Below are positions 40,601-51,500 of a stretch of DNA of 64,000 bases, piece by piece. The position numbers were made by a program, and so were the translations under genes. The DNA comes from a virus. A model generated the notes under the pieces. It worked only from the letters and a program-made list of their open reading frames with translations, searched no databases and was not told the DNA's origin. The stretch covers positions 1-64,000 of the IMG/VR virus record IMGVR_UViG_3300028534_000004; one strand, 5' to 3'. The first letter of the stretch is position 1. Each line of letters starts with the position of its first letter.

Positions 40601-42548
40601 ATATTATTCCGTCTTCGTAAGCTTTTTTAGCAACTTTTAAAGCTTCTTTTTCTTTTTCTAATTTATCACGATTTTTATCATAAAGATTTCTTATATTTAG
40701 AAATACACTATAAACACCGGAGTTTCCTCCTTTTTTATATTCGCCATCAGTATATCTTGTTTTTGCTTTTGTTCTACTCTTTGTAAAATTAAAACCATAT
40801 ATTCTTTTTCTATCAGTAGCACCTGCGTTTATTCTTTCAAAAGTATTAAAACCATAAAAGCTTGTTCCATGATAAACTATCAAAGGTTCTCCGTTCTTAT
40901 CAACTACTTTACTAGCTTCTTTTGGATTATTTATCCAATCTCCAAACCAATTTCTAAATTCTTTACTATATACTCTAGCTTTAGCTTTAATAGCCTCTTC
41001 TTTTGAACCAGTTAATTCTAATAAATCCTTGAATAATTTACTTTCTTTACCATTAGGAGCTTTATCTAAAGAATGTCCGTTGTTTAATTTAATACTTTCC
41101 TTAATCTGGTCCTCAGACAAAGGCTCAAAAGTTGCTAGAATTTCTCCGTCTTTGGTGTTTATTGGAGTTTCTTTAGTATTATTCTTATATGAATCTTCGA
41201 ATATTTTTCTTATCTCCATTAAAATCTCTGGAAATAATTTACCCCATTTACCTTTATCTTGTTTATGTGTTAATATAGCATCTTTTGTGTTTAATAGTTT
41301 TTGTAATGCACCCGGATTTTGTTCAAAAGAGTCGTAAATTAATCTCTTCATTATACCTGGAGCATTTTTGTCCCATTTTTCTACATCTAAGCCTTTTACA
41401 GTTCTTCCGAGTTGTTTAGCTTCTTTACCATTTGTTTTTATAAAGGATTCTATTAATTTTTTTCCTTCTTCGTTTATTATTCCATTATCATCGTAGTAGT
41501 AATTCGAGTACATTATTTTAGCTGCTTGAAATGCTGATTCTACATTTAAGAATTTATACCCGGGAAATAACTCTGTTTCGAAGGACCTCGTTGCAAAATT
41601 TGACAATTCAGGATTTTCATTAGTACCATAATATATATTAATACTCTTTGAACTATTTTCCTTAGCTTTTTTAATAGTATCTTTTACAGCTTTTTCAGTT
41701 TTATTCACTTTTTGTTTATCTAAGTCATCTATAAATTCCCATTTATCCTTTTCAGAGAGGCCTATTATGCTTAGTTGTTTTGCTATAAATAATTTATCTA
41801 ACTTTTCTTTACCGGAAGTAATTTCACTGATAATAGCATTATAAGCTCTTTGAACTTTTAAAGCATTATATCGCGCTTGAGGATTTTTAATTTGAAAAGG
41901 TTTATTAGTGATATAAACTAGCTCGTTTCCGTATTCGTCAATTGCTGTTTCTTCTCCTACAGTTAATATTTTCTTGAATTTTTCAGCTAAATCTTTACGG
42001 ATAAAGAAACCAAACTCCACTTTATCGTCTAATTTCTTTATAGCTTTAAGTAATTCTCTTTCGTTTTTAGCTGCATATTCACTAATTTCAAATATGTTAT
42101 TGACTTTATCGTAAATCCCAAAGAAATAAGTATCGTCAACTTTGACAGAGTTGTACCCATTCAGATATTTAATCAATTCTTCCTTTTCTAAATTACGAGT
42201 ATCTTGATTTTTATTATAGAACTTAGTTCTTAGATAATTAACATATAACTCATTCTGTTCTTCATTATTCAAACTACTTACATCTACATTAGGCTTTACA
42301 TTTATAGATTTATCTTCATTAAGATATTCTTTAAATGCTTTGGAAAAAGTTACAGCTGTATATTTAATTGCCTTTTTTTCATCTTTTTCTATGCTTAAAA
42401 CCTTGTAGTACAAAGGATTAGGACTTCCTTCTTTAGTTAACCAGATAGGATTATTATTATTTTCAGCATAAATTTTCTTAGTAAGAATTGTACCAAGAAC
42501 TTTTTCCATTCTTTTATATTCGTCTGTTGTAGGATTTGGACATTTCAT
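34680..42548 (-). CDS. giant polyvalent virion/ejection protein candidate (NADAR + ART-like x2 + 2H-like + membrane segments)
   Basis: Uninterrupted ORF. The track start at 42557 is TTG; the first ATG at 42548 lies 2 nt after the upstream stop. Domain evidence is given in the sub-features. The long Lys/Glu-rich helical middle and Gly-zipper hydrophobic C-terminal part are typical of ejected internal proteins. Confidence 0.85.
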   Translation of the reverse strand: MKCPNPTTDEYKRMEKVLGTILTKKIYAENNNNPIWLTKEGSPNPLYYKVLSIEKDEKKAIKYTAVTFSKAFKEYLNEDKSINVKPNVDVSSLNNEEQNELYVNYLRTKFYNKNQDTRNLEKEELIKYLNGYNSVKVDDTYFFGIYDKVNNIFEISEYAAKNERELLKAIKKLDDKVEFGFFIRKDLAEKFKKILTVGEETAIDEYGNELVYITNKPFQIKNPQARYNALKVQRAYNAIISEITSGKEKLDKLFIAKQLSIIGLSEKDKWEFIDDLDKQKVNKTEKAVKDTIKKAKENSSKSINIYYGTNENPELSNFATRSFETELFPGYKFLNVESAFQAAKIMYSNYYYDDNGIINEEGKKLIESFIKTNGKEAKQLGRTVKGLDVEKWDKNAPGIMKRLIYDSFEQNPGALQKLLNTKDAILTHKQDKGKWGKLFPEILMEIRKIFEDSYKNNTKETPINTKDGEILATFEPLSEDQIKESIKLNNGHSLDKAPNGKESKLFKDLLELTGSKEEAIKAKARVYSKEFRNWFGDWINNPKEASKVVDKNGEPLIVYHGTSFYGFNTFERINAGATDRKRIYGFNFTKSRTKAKTRYTDGEYKKGGNSGVYSVFLNIRNLYDKNRDKLEKEKEALKVAKKAYEDGIISEKIYKDFINYNEYFGSDFLQLLDMVFNHYVFQENNPKKAGEIVEKLSKYINVDGEVMWPEHELGTHVVFSSNQIKSALPATQEQIKQLNLEEDKVGTFDKNSKNIYFEPKSYEENEDVTKSKEFKEWFGDWENPTIYTALNVDNPEQLKEKYPSDLPNKFYHHSTIKFGKQPFNKNENKKEKLHIIGRLKTDKVDVLLVENKYSNNKHPHITLATAEGVKPFESNKEIESNLDKVEKLDDYVNVTFKNNLRNDVSQLIDKEGKPKVFYHGTNKDFAQFREDLQGTNTASKDSRLAFFFTDNKSLAEDYGENALPVYINAKRLRIVEDIEEYDPKKFLSYLVRSKDKYDAVLFKNVKDKALDNTESSDILAVFDSKNIKSAVPPTEEQMEKFNLEEEEIGTFNDSNNIYYEPKSSTIGDSIPLKTEDDKKSYGYKELYSYLNSDKDYNPNLQKSVDDKIELLSIEYKQKEIKNAVEELGISEDEYKINTNYTYLEFFGNDEQLNALASKLKFAAKVNNESQKGLYLKTNFKDVLEYVKENRPITQKDFLELEELANLEENERLYREPISGLEFKEEFAKKAEEYLKYNLKDLQYTIRDLKIRARFEKDKNKAAEIYKDIERLVTIKEELTALNEKFLKAEGYTTYLALFHEIAKRDYYQVTYLMKDPIGNREEIANIISFYTRAGTFIKNEDNPLFKHPEDIIESVKTNEAIAKLVQELKSIKTGFETLLNANETIVETKINTLLRDNEDLVAILGENISIEDLVRPYEDVSIWDSYMNRAAMNTFSTDSYIPQIITNELRKAEEEANALIYPYLEELNSLTDDVKKRLKTKVEKEKKITSFDIFFQRNEHGLKTNRLVHIFSDKWFKDVSKLKSSNLTNKKEIAAYNTAVKNKTHVIDIRKLPEIKEYFEDKLPERDKKYFKFEDAEMQKYKKDLQNLLTEDMYNDIVEESIKQIESFYNYREVLIENKLKINEVEEVKDLSPEEQYSLSASIISRNPFIAAETFNEGNGMISVKTKDKTYTLYSIPNYNYLIPRTKIKTPIGEVPSNYYDSNFKEIRDDEVLYKYWRALYKALEIINETFTDSQTYLPMNSIPMIDKTFIEALVLGSETKDSKSVKLLKKGRDSFKKAIRTGKTKNTYSEDIKGINKQLRDKRFKEYQDIVANKKATWLLIHGEENEVLINSMTDEEMKFVADLFGIKPNVTSLENFFSTIVLNMNKVINDYAGHAILEQSSEDLPRIMSVSLIYAAKYMARKTSEPYLRILKEKYNEIEREGKETGTSKALSKISKKGKYRDRAIKRMNANYDRAVRGYSNIQRGGIFRGFSWIPENTKYFKSFMEFLRTGKIYTTDEKQQRDELEELIEKYKEYLFSMTGGRSFDKALSKKELDEFIGEDERAKKIAVTLNNLYIKRENLGGHFSIVSTIEFIMSGLIFKSLAYNINAGITNRIEGKISNMIMDSTGMFWTPGNGVLAEKFLSKSFAKRLSPNSEYGKQLTILETIMKNYRIIQDASDELQKGAVESSLKKLNKLSPYRWSITDVEFLNQGYIVLAIMMDMKVEKINEDGSITKVPAFDGKEFTAFEMKDGKLRLKQEYRTANNIDTWENIKTKEYINFKTNTVQAIVFAHGDYDELGGNLAKQYLLGKVLSFFKTWLPSQVWLRFAKDQGMLKVGRVKGRWRSFTSMGGAMMGAAVGLATGPVGAVLGGLAGAMISSTNGVKSEISGIKELIVMSQNILRSTLMMPLNLFGIGTKLGKVNLEELKLSDIDRRNMEANIKEISFLLMLILFKIMISSLRGDDDDDKKGLKWKAYLLAENKVMGLISNASLYLNPKEFWDSYTQSSVLKWLDSVGRVLVDLNKLALGIGTADQSHKLAEHLDKTFVPGFVHGFGFGSYMKEDWSKGDWFDKIFKEADERREDKEIEKLMDEMRPDVFAEKENQKPKPKKSDEGLSEEEKLKKKARARLLSEYRRLHNGNK
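35236..35580 (-). other. hydrophobic / glycine-zipper segments near the C-terminus of the 2,6xx-aa protein
   Basis: SMGGAMMGAAVGLATGPVGAVLGGLAGAMISS and ISFLLMLILFKIMISSL, followed by a DDDDD tract. Confidence 0.6.
39459..39842 (-). other. ART-like module 2, aa 906-1033
   Basis: IDKEGKPKVFYHGTNKDFAQF … LAFFFTDNKSLAEDYG … LPVYINAKRL … ILAVFDSKNIKSA. Same pattern as module 1 in a more compact form. Confidence 0.5.
39843..40202 (-). other. 2H-phosphoesterase-like module, aa about 786-905
   Basis: Two H-x-[TS] motifs: YHHSTIKF (aa 815-818) and KHPHITLAT (H863-I-T865, 39963-39971). It is preceded by a second SKEFKEWFGDW leader. The spacing between the motifs (about 47 aa) is shorter than in LigT or Acb1. 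Confidence 0.35.
40368..40967 (-). other. ART-like module 1 (polyvalent-protein ADP-ribosyltransferase type), aa 531-730
   Basis: SKEFRNWFGDW…KVVDKNGEPLIVYHGTSFYGFNTFE … YGFNFTKSR … VYSVFLNIRNL … HVVFSSNQIKSA. This follows the leader-VYHGT-…-IKSA pattern of ART domains in phage polyvalent proteins. Confidence 0.55.
41199..41642 (-). other. NADAR (YbiA/DUF1768-type) domain, aa 306-453 of the track ORF
   Basis: ELSNFA … NVESAFQAAK … GKEAKQLGR … VEKWD … IMKRLIYDSFEQNPGALQKLLNTKDAILTH … DKGKWG. These follow the order and spacing of the NADAR signature (FSNF, E..fQa.K, ak.lGr, W, KF.qn..l...LL.T, D..WG). Confidence 0.7.
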
Positions 42549-42550
42549 AA

Positions 42551-45500
42551 TTAACAATTTAAATCGTTTAGTTCATCTATATTAAAATACTCGTCAAAGT
42601 TAAAATTATTTTCGATTATATCCGAAAGAGGTTCGCGATGTTTATCAGTTAATTTCTTATATAAACTGTTTGCTTTTGTAGCATAAGCCATATCGCCCAT
42701 AATTTTTTTATTTGTTTCGATATAACTAGGATTAATAGTTTCATAGGCATGGATTACATCTATAATTTGCTCAATAGCAGTAAATTTATTTGTTAGGTCT
42801 ATATTTTCTTTAATAGCAACTTCAACATTATTGTATTCTTTACCATTATAAACGAACCCTTTTTCCGGTGATACTTTATCTTTCTTTATAGGCTCTACTT
42901 CAGCTTCGGGTTTATTAATAACTTTTAACTTCATCATATCTTTAATGAAGTCTGTTTTAGGGAATAAACCCTTAATCATTGCATCTTTTGCAGCTTCAGC
43001 AGAATCGTATAAATTAGATTTAATTAGACGTCCTGATTCATAATGAATAGCTCTATAATGACCTGTTTTATCTTTAAAGATTAAGAAATGAGCGTCTAGT
43101 GTAGGATGCTTAATTATTTCACCTTCTATAGTCTCTATTGTATTTAAGTTTCTAATAAGTTTCGCGGTTACTTTTTTGTTTGAAACATTATTAGATATAG
43201 CTGTTTTAGGAGTAGGATTCTCTATAGGACTATTCTCCTCGAAGATATAATCCTGTCTATAAGAAGGTAATGTATTATCTATAAATACTAAAGCTCTTTT
43301 GGCACTTTCTCTTAATAAGGTACCTTCTTTAAATATTCCTAAACTTTCTAACAAATCCATTATTATATCTTTAAACTTAGACAATAGATTTTGTTTTTCA
43401 TTATAAGGTATACTGGCTAATTTCTCTTGAAACAGAGGACGCGTGAATATACCGGTAATAAACTCTTCAATAGTTGCTAAATGGTAGTATGCCTTTTCTT
43501 TTTGATTGAAAGTTATTCCTTCTTCTTTATTAGATAGTCTCTTGTACTTTTCTTTCATAGATTTATAAGCAGGGTCATCTTTAAAAGCTTCAACAGCTTT
43601 GTTATATACTTCGTATAAATCTTTAGCATACTTAGGAGCTCCTTGTTTTATTTGAGTTTTACCTATTTCTTCATCATAATAGAAATAATCGCTTAAGTAC
43701 TCTACACTTACAGCATGAAGGTACTCATGTAAAAATACTCTAGCTTGGTCTTTATCATCCAGACTAAGAAAAGTATCTGTAAGAGCTATTTTTCCTTCTG
43801 AGTAAACTGCAACAAAATCATTGGATTTTACTTTATAAACAGGAATATCGAGTTTAATTCTATCGGTTAAAGCTTCTAGAATATCGCTTATTCTATATTC
43901 TTGAATGTTTTTACGAATATAATGAAGAGCTACTTCATCTGCTGTTTTACCATTTTTCTTTGAAGTAGGCTCAGATTTAGGAGGTTCTACTTTTTCTTTA
44001 TTTTCTTCTTGTAAATAATCCTTTATTTTCTTCATTACTTCTCTATCAGCGTCATATTGTTTGATAGCCCAATGAGATAATACAGGTATTTCTTTTCCTT
44101 TGTAGAATAATCTGAATTTGGAATCTGTTTTAGAATCGTACATTGAAGCATAAGGAATATTGGAACCTTCCCATAATTGTTTAGCTTCAGAAGCGTCTTT
44201 AACTCTTGTAGCTTTTTCCGGATTATTCTGAAAGAATTGAGTTACAAATGGTATTCCTTCTGTTTCTCTTTCACTATTGAACAATACGTCGTTTAATTGA
44301 TTACTAAAATTAAGATTTGACAGATTAACACTAGTCATTTTAAACCAACTAAGAGGTATATATTTGACAATTTCTACGGCTCCTTGTACAGCATTATTCA
44401 ATAAAGAATAAGTTATTAAATCATTTGCCAAATCTCTAGTAGTATAAAAAGGTTCTATTTTATATTCGTAAACTGTTTCAAATCCGGTATCCTTTAAAGT
44501 AGGATACTTTTTAGTTAGAGTATTTTTATTATGTTTTGCTACAAAACGTGCTTTGTATTTTTTTCTTCCATAACTAAATTTTACAATTTTTTCGTTACCA
44601 AAAGCATCTATAGGATTTTTAGATAGTATAGTAGTTTTACCTTCTATTAACTCTTTTTCAAATTCTTCTGAAGAAATCTCTTTATAAGAAGAATTATTGT
44701 AGTTATAAGAAGGTAATTCTAAATTAGCTTCGATTAACTCATCTAAAGCTGTATATAGAACATCTTCATATAGTAAGCTATTGTTAGCGTTAATAAATTT
44801 AATTAAACTAGGTGTTCCGTCTCTGTTAATATCAAAAGTTAATCTTGACAAAAGTGGGTTATCAAAAATTTGATGTTTTTGAATTTTTAATTCGTAAAGG
44901 TACCTGGCTAAAGACATATTAGTATCTGTATCAATATCTAATTTAGCTCTTTGAACAGCTACATCTCCTTTGGTTAATCCTATTTTGGAAGAAGAATATA
45001 TGAACCGTTTCAGTTCTTTTAGAATATCTTTTTTTAATTGTTTCCCTTGAGCACTAGTACTAGTATCCGTATAACTACTTATTTCTTCATATAACATGTT
45101 AAATTCTTGTTGATACTGTATAAAGAACTCGCTAAACAACGACTCATTCAATCCTAAAGATTTTCCTATCATATAAGCTACAGGATTAGCAACACGCGAA
45201 TAATGTTCTAATCCAAAAGCTTCCAGATTAACATCTTCGAATTTTGTAAAGTTAGTGAATAAGTTATCAAATCCTTTGCCTGATACATTATCTAGAGTGT
45301 TACTTAAATCGATTATATCTTCCATAGAACCTTTAAACTTATTATTTATACCAAATAACTTAGTCAAAGGCCTAACTTCTTCATCAGCTATCCCTTTTAA
45401 GAAATTAAAAGCTCTCAATATTCTAGCTTGAAATAATCTGTCTTTAGATGTTCCTATATTGTCATATAAATCTTTTACTGAAAAAGTAAAAGCATTAGAA

Positions 45501-48500
45501 TTATCATTTAAAGCTTGATATTCTTCAGGTGAAAGATTTAAGTTCTTCATAGCATTAGAATAAGCTATTGCATGTTTATCGCCGTATTCAGTATTAGTAT
45601 TAGAATCAAGGTTCATCATCTCTTCTACATACTTCTTAATTATAGGCTGTGACAAAAAGAAATAAGGAATAGAAATGATTTCATTTCCTACTAAGGCTTG
45701 GTCATAACCCAATAGCGCCATTAAAGAATCTACAGAGATAGTGTATTTATTTACATTAACACGACCTAATATTTGAACCTTCATATCATCGGTACCGGTA
45801 TTAACTCTTTCATCTAATACCTCAGCAATAGTCCTATTACCATCTAAAGTTCTTTGATTACCTATTTTACCATTAGATACTATTCTTACTCTACCTCCTT
45901 CAAAGTCTTCACCTAGAAATACAATAGGTTTTTCTTTTAACTCCTTAATAGTTATCTTGTTAGCCTGCTGTGTTAAAGACAAGAAAGTTACTGCTTGAGC
46001 GTATACTCCAATAGCCATTTTACCAGAGCTACCTCTCTGCATAGTGTCCCTTTGATAATCTATATCCGCGAAGCCTAAATAAGTTTTAGAGCTGTCTTTA
46101 TTTAACTTCTCTAATAAACTTGCTTGTTCTTTAGCAAATTCAATTGATAGTACTTTATTTATTTTATCCTGTACCTCGTTATCGGGAGAAGATAATACCG
46201 AATGATGTACTTTGATTATTTCATTATCTATAGTTTTACTATATAAATCTTTTGCTTCTTCTAGTTTCTCCTCTATTTCTTTTACTTTATCTTTTTCTTT
46301 TTTCTTTTTGTATTTAACTCTTTGTTTTTCTAAACTTTTAATTTTATCTTCTAATTTCTCTAAATTCTCTCCTTTACCTACTTTTTTAATTCTCCCTTCT
46401 TCATCTAACTCGTGCCAATAGAAATAAGCAAATTCTTTATCTACGTCAAAGTCTAATCCTTTCTGAGGCAATATTGTATTAGGAACAACTATTATATCTC
46501 CCTGTATCTCAGGTATAAAACCTGCTATCTCTACATCAGACATAGATACGTGTGATGAAGTAGGAATACGGAAAGTTATCATACTAAGAAGTTCATCGTC
46601 TATCATTCCTTCTATTAGAACTTTTCTACCGTTTTCATACTCCCAATATTTACCTTTATTTTTTTCACCAAAAATATCTACTAAATTACCTTCTTTATCT
46701 TTAAACCTTGAAGGTACAAATACTTGAACCTTCTTAAGTTTATTTCCTTCTTTATGAGTTACCTGTAATCCTTTTTCTTTGTCATAATATTTAGTGTAGA
46801 TAATATCATCGCGATAATTTTCTTCATTAGTTAAACTCCAACCTTCGGCTGTACTAGCTACATAAGAATAACCCGGCATCTTTAATTTTATAATGGCATT
46901 ACGTATTAAAGAAATAGCAACACTTTCTAATTTTTCTGCCTGAGGTAATAACCATAAAGGAACGTCGAATATAGGTTTACCATTTACAATTTTAATTTTT
47001 AATTGTTCAAGGTCTTTGGTATACATTCCTCTACTTTCTGCTTCTTCGATAAGCAAAGATTTTAACTTATAAGCTAATTGTTTATGGTCAGATAAATTCT
47101 TTAGTCCTAATTTGTCTAATAACAACTTCTCATTTAAATCAATGCGTTTAGCAAATAAAGTGTTGTAATATATAGCAAGAGCTTCGCCGGTAACTTTATT
47201 ACCGTTATATTCAAATTCTTTGTTAATCATATCGTTACCAAACAATTCTTTCATCATTTGGGTACCGAGAGTAACCATATTAGGTTTATGTTTACCTGCT
47301 TTATAAGGTATTTCTTGTTGTATCTTGAAGTATTCTCTATTAAGCTCTATACTATGATTAGCTAAATGAGTACTAGTTAGATTTTTAATTCTTCCGTCAG
47401 GAGTAAATATCTTGAGAGCTTTCTTTAAAGCTCCTACTTTATTAGCTGTCTGGAAAGAAGCTCTAACAGTTCTGTGACTACCTTTTTCTATTTCGCTTTC
47501 TTCAAGTTCTTCCATTGCTCTACGTAACTTATCTATCTCTTTACCCGCTGTTACTTGAGGTATCAGTGGTATAGAAGAAGATTTGATATAAATCACATGA
47601 TTAGTATCGTTGTCTTCGTCTAACATAGAACCACCGTATACCGGTTTAAGAGGTTGTAATACTACGTCTAAATCATCTTTAGTTAACAAATATTCATCCG
47701 GTATAGGCTTATTTTGTTTTTCAAATTGTCTTTGTTTCTTTATTTTTCCTTTTATATCCGTGTACTGTTTCTCTGTCAACTTACCATATCTATACAATAC
47801 ATTAATATGTTCTGATAAAGTAGTGAACTCTTGAGCATCAGTACTTTCTATTTCTAAGAAATCACTAATAACATTATACCTTTTTAAATTCTTTAGTATT
47901 TTATCCTTTTGAGATTTAAGCTCTGTAATTTCTTCTTCTGATAATACTTCAGTATTTAACTCTACATTAGATAAATGAGTATCTATAATTTTTAGATTTT
48001 CTATTTCTTTAGCAGCTTTTCTTGCCTCCTTAACTCCATAGTGTAATTCTATTAAGTACTCCAAGTTAGCAGCATTGGTTTCTGCATCTTGTAGCATTAT
48101 CTGTAAGTATTTTTCTTTGTTGGACTCATACGCTTTTAAACCGGGAGCAATTAACATTGCCATACGCTTAGAAGCATTTACATTAATATTATTAAACAAA
48201 TCATCGTATATATCAGGGTTTTTAACTCTATATGGTATAGGTTCATTATTCTTATCTACTTCAAAGTTTTTTGAATCAACATCTTTATCTTTACCATAAT
48301 AAGCCAAATCTCCGGCAAATATTTGATTAATGTTTGTTAAACCCACAAATGTATTAATTACGTAATCGGCAGTAGCTACATAAGCCAATTCTCTTTCGTC
48401 ATTTATATCTAACTCCTTAAGAAAATTCTGGTCCATATAATTAATCTTAAATTCTCCGTCTTCATTTATATTGAAGAAACCATTTTGAACAAATTCAGAG

Positions 48501-51500
48501 AATTTATCATTTATCTTATTTACAAATAGTCTTTCTATTTCTGCTAGAATATCACTAATATGGTTCCTTTCGAAATCTTCTATATTATCATATTGTAACA
48601 TTAACTCTTGGAAACTTTGTCCTCCTTTACGAAACTTATTTAGTCCCGGTAAAATAGTAAATAGTTTAGAAAAGGTATCATAGCCTTTAATTCCTGTTTC
48701 TACTTCAGATTTTATATTCTTATGGATACGTTTAATTTCAGGTCTTACTGTTTGATAATAGAGTGCTGTTAACAGAGATTTGTTTATTTTATCGATGTTA
48801 CCTTCTCTGAATTCAAAATGATTATATGTAATTTTAAAACCTACATTATCTAATATTAACTGCTGAGTTTTATCAGAGAAAGTAGGAAACATGGTTCTTA
48901 TATGTCTTAGTTCTACTCCATGATATATTCCTGTCATAGTTCTGGCACTTTTTAAATCTTGTAAAAGTACCATTGCTATTAAGTCATAATCAGTAGGAGA
49001 TTGGTCCGTAATTTTATTACTACCTCTGGTTTTCTTCCCTAGTTCTTTCAAAGCATCTAATGCGATATGAGATAATGCAAATCCTTCTTTAAATTTATCA
49101 TCTTCTTGAAGTTTTCTTAAAATTAGATTTTCAGATGTTAAACTAAGGTTTAACAGCTTTTGTCTATAATCTTCATCGTTCTTAATCTTATAAGCCATAT
49201 CGCTAGTATAATTAGGTAAATTGATAAGGTAAATATTCTTTTTACCGTCATTAATACTAGTAGAGCTAACCTGATTAGAATACTTAGATTCTATAGCTGC
49301 TAGCTTTAATCCATAAGTACTCATAATTGCACTTAATAGAGGTAAACTCTCAGCAGATTTACCCTTTTTATAACTCTCTATATTATCTTCTAAATTGTAC
49401 AACAAAGAAATAATTTTTCCTAAAGGTGAAATATTTCCATTGGGATTTAATAAACCTTTTAGTTTAATGAACTTCACTTTATTATTATAGAAAATTTTTA
49501 AGCCTTTGTCATTAAGTTCTTCTAATGTATCCGTAGATAAATGTACTCCTATATTTTCGAAAGCAGCTTTAACTTTCTGAATACTAATTTCTCCCTTTAC
49601 ATTGGTTTGCCCTGTATAAGTAATATTACCTTTATCGTCCTTAGTTATAACTATTCTAAATTTCTTAGTAGAATTACGTAAAGTAACAGAAGCTTTAGAA
49701 CCGGGTTTTAGTTTATCAATTATATCTTTAAATGGTTTTAATTTATCTCCGTATAATTTACCTCCTTTTCCGCGAGCCATAATCAACATCTCTTTGTACA
49801 GAGAAACATCTACTTCTACATTACCGTAGTCCTCAGGAGGTAACATATCCTCGAATTGTTTAATAGCTTCTTTAAGTTTATCTTCGTTAATGTAGAATTT
49901 ACCTTCTGTGTATCTAAATAAATCAGATAATAAAAAGCTCTGGTCCCAGTCATTTAAAATACGACGCTTGACACTATTACTATTAGTATCAAATAACATT
50001 AAGTTGTAGGTATTTCTTTTAAAATCTTTACCAAACATAGGACTCTTCATATTAATAAAATGTTTGGCAAAGTTTACTACGAATTGAATCTTAGTCTGTT
50101 CATCAGTGTTGTCTAATCTTTTTACCAATTCTTCCACCCAAGGATGGGCTGCTTTTGCAGAAAGTAATCTGGCTTTCATTTCTTCATAAGTAGGAGCTAC
50201 ATCGCCATAAGCTAAAATAATCTCAGCTACTTTATCATATATATAATCGAAGTCATGGAATAAAGGAAGTTCAAAAGCTCCTTTTACCTGCTGACCTGTT
50301 TTATCCAATTGTTTTAGACCTGAAAAGAAACGGCGTAACTTATAAGGTAAACGTTCTTTACCGTTTTCTTCTAATACACTCTTGCCTAGTTCTTTAGTTC
50401 TACCTTCAATATCTTCTTGGTCTAAAGAATCCTCATCATTTCTACGTTCATCATCTGTTAAATCTTCAGATATTTCAAGAATTGTAGCATTTTCATCAAT
50501 TTTCTTCTCTACGATACCTGTACGTAATTTAACTTCTTTATAAGCTAACTTAGCTATCTTATTTTTGTTTTTAATAATAGTCTCAAGTTTAGCTAGTTCT
50601 TGTTGTTTAACTTTAACAAGGGTTAATATTTTCTCTTTTTGAGTTGTAGTTAAATTATCCTTATGTCTTTTAAGTACGGAAATAGAATTATTAATCGTAT
50701 TATTTATCGACTCTATAGACGGTTCTAATAGTTTTTCAAAATCATCAGTTAATTTAGACATTATATCTTTCTTAGATATATATTGTCCTTTGTCAAATTC
50801 TCTTAAGAATGAGTTATACATATAAGTAACTACAGTATGTAACTCTATAGTTGTTAAGCCTTCTATCTCGTTGTAACTTTGTCTAATCTTCTCAAATTCA
50901 TCTTCATCAATAAATCTAGGTTCTCTGAAGGAAATTTCATTTTTGTTATCTTCTATTTCATTCAAAATATTTTCTAAGTCTTCGTCTATATCATCGGATA
51001 ATTTTACTTCTGTTACACTAGTTTCTATAGAATTAGCTTGTTCTAAAATATTTAGTAGCTCTTCGTCATCTTCTACAGGAGTAGTATCATTAGTGGTATC
51101 GGTATTAGCACTAATATCTTTTAGTTCATCCTTAGCTTTTTTATTTTCGTACTCCGTATTAATTTCTTCTTCTGACTTTACTTCTTCCTTTTTCTTTAAT
51201 TTAGAAGTTAAATTAGAAGTTTTATCTTTTATCTTTTTACCTAAAGGTATTTTATCAAAACGTTTATCGAGATTATCTTGGTCAGTGCTATTAAATTCAA
51301 TTCGCGGTTGAGTTCTGGTTATATACTTAGGACTATTCTTAGTACCAATATTAAACGATTTAATATTAGTAAAGAAGTTGTTCTTTAGTATATCTTGTAA
51401 CGTGTATTTATCATTTACACTATAACCTCCGGTAGCATCAATAAATGAAAACTTCTTATTACTATATTCTTGTAATGCTCTTGCATTAGTAGTAACACGT

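Noticed and set aside
44920-44940. Second DxDxD motif (KLDIDTDTN) in the 4,491-aa protein as an alternative RNAP active site
   Set aside because: The DxDxD pattern is expected by chance at this protein length. This copy lacks the G/A-D-F-D context, so it was not annotated.
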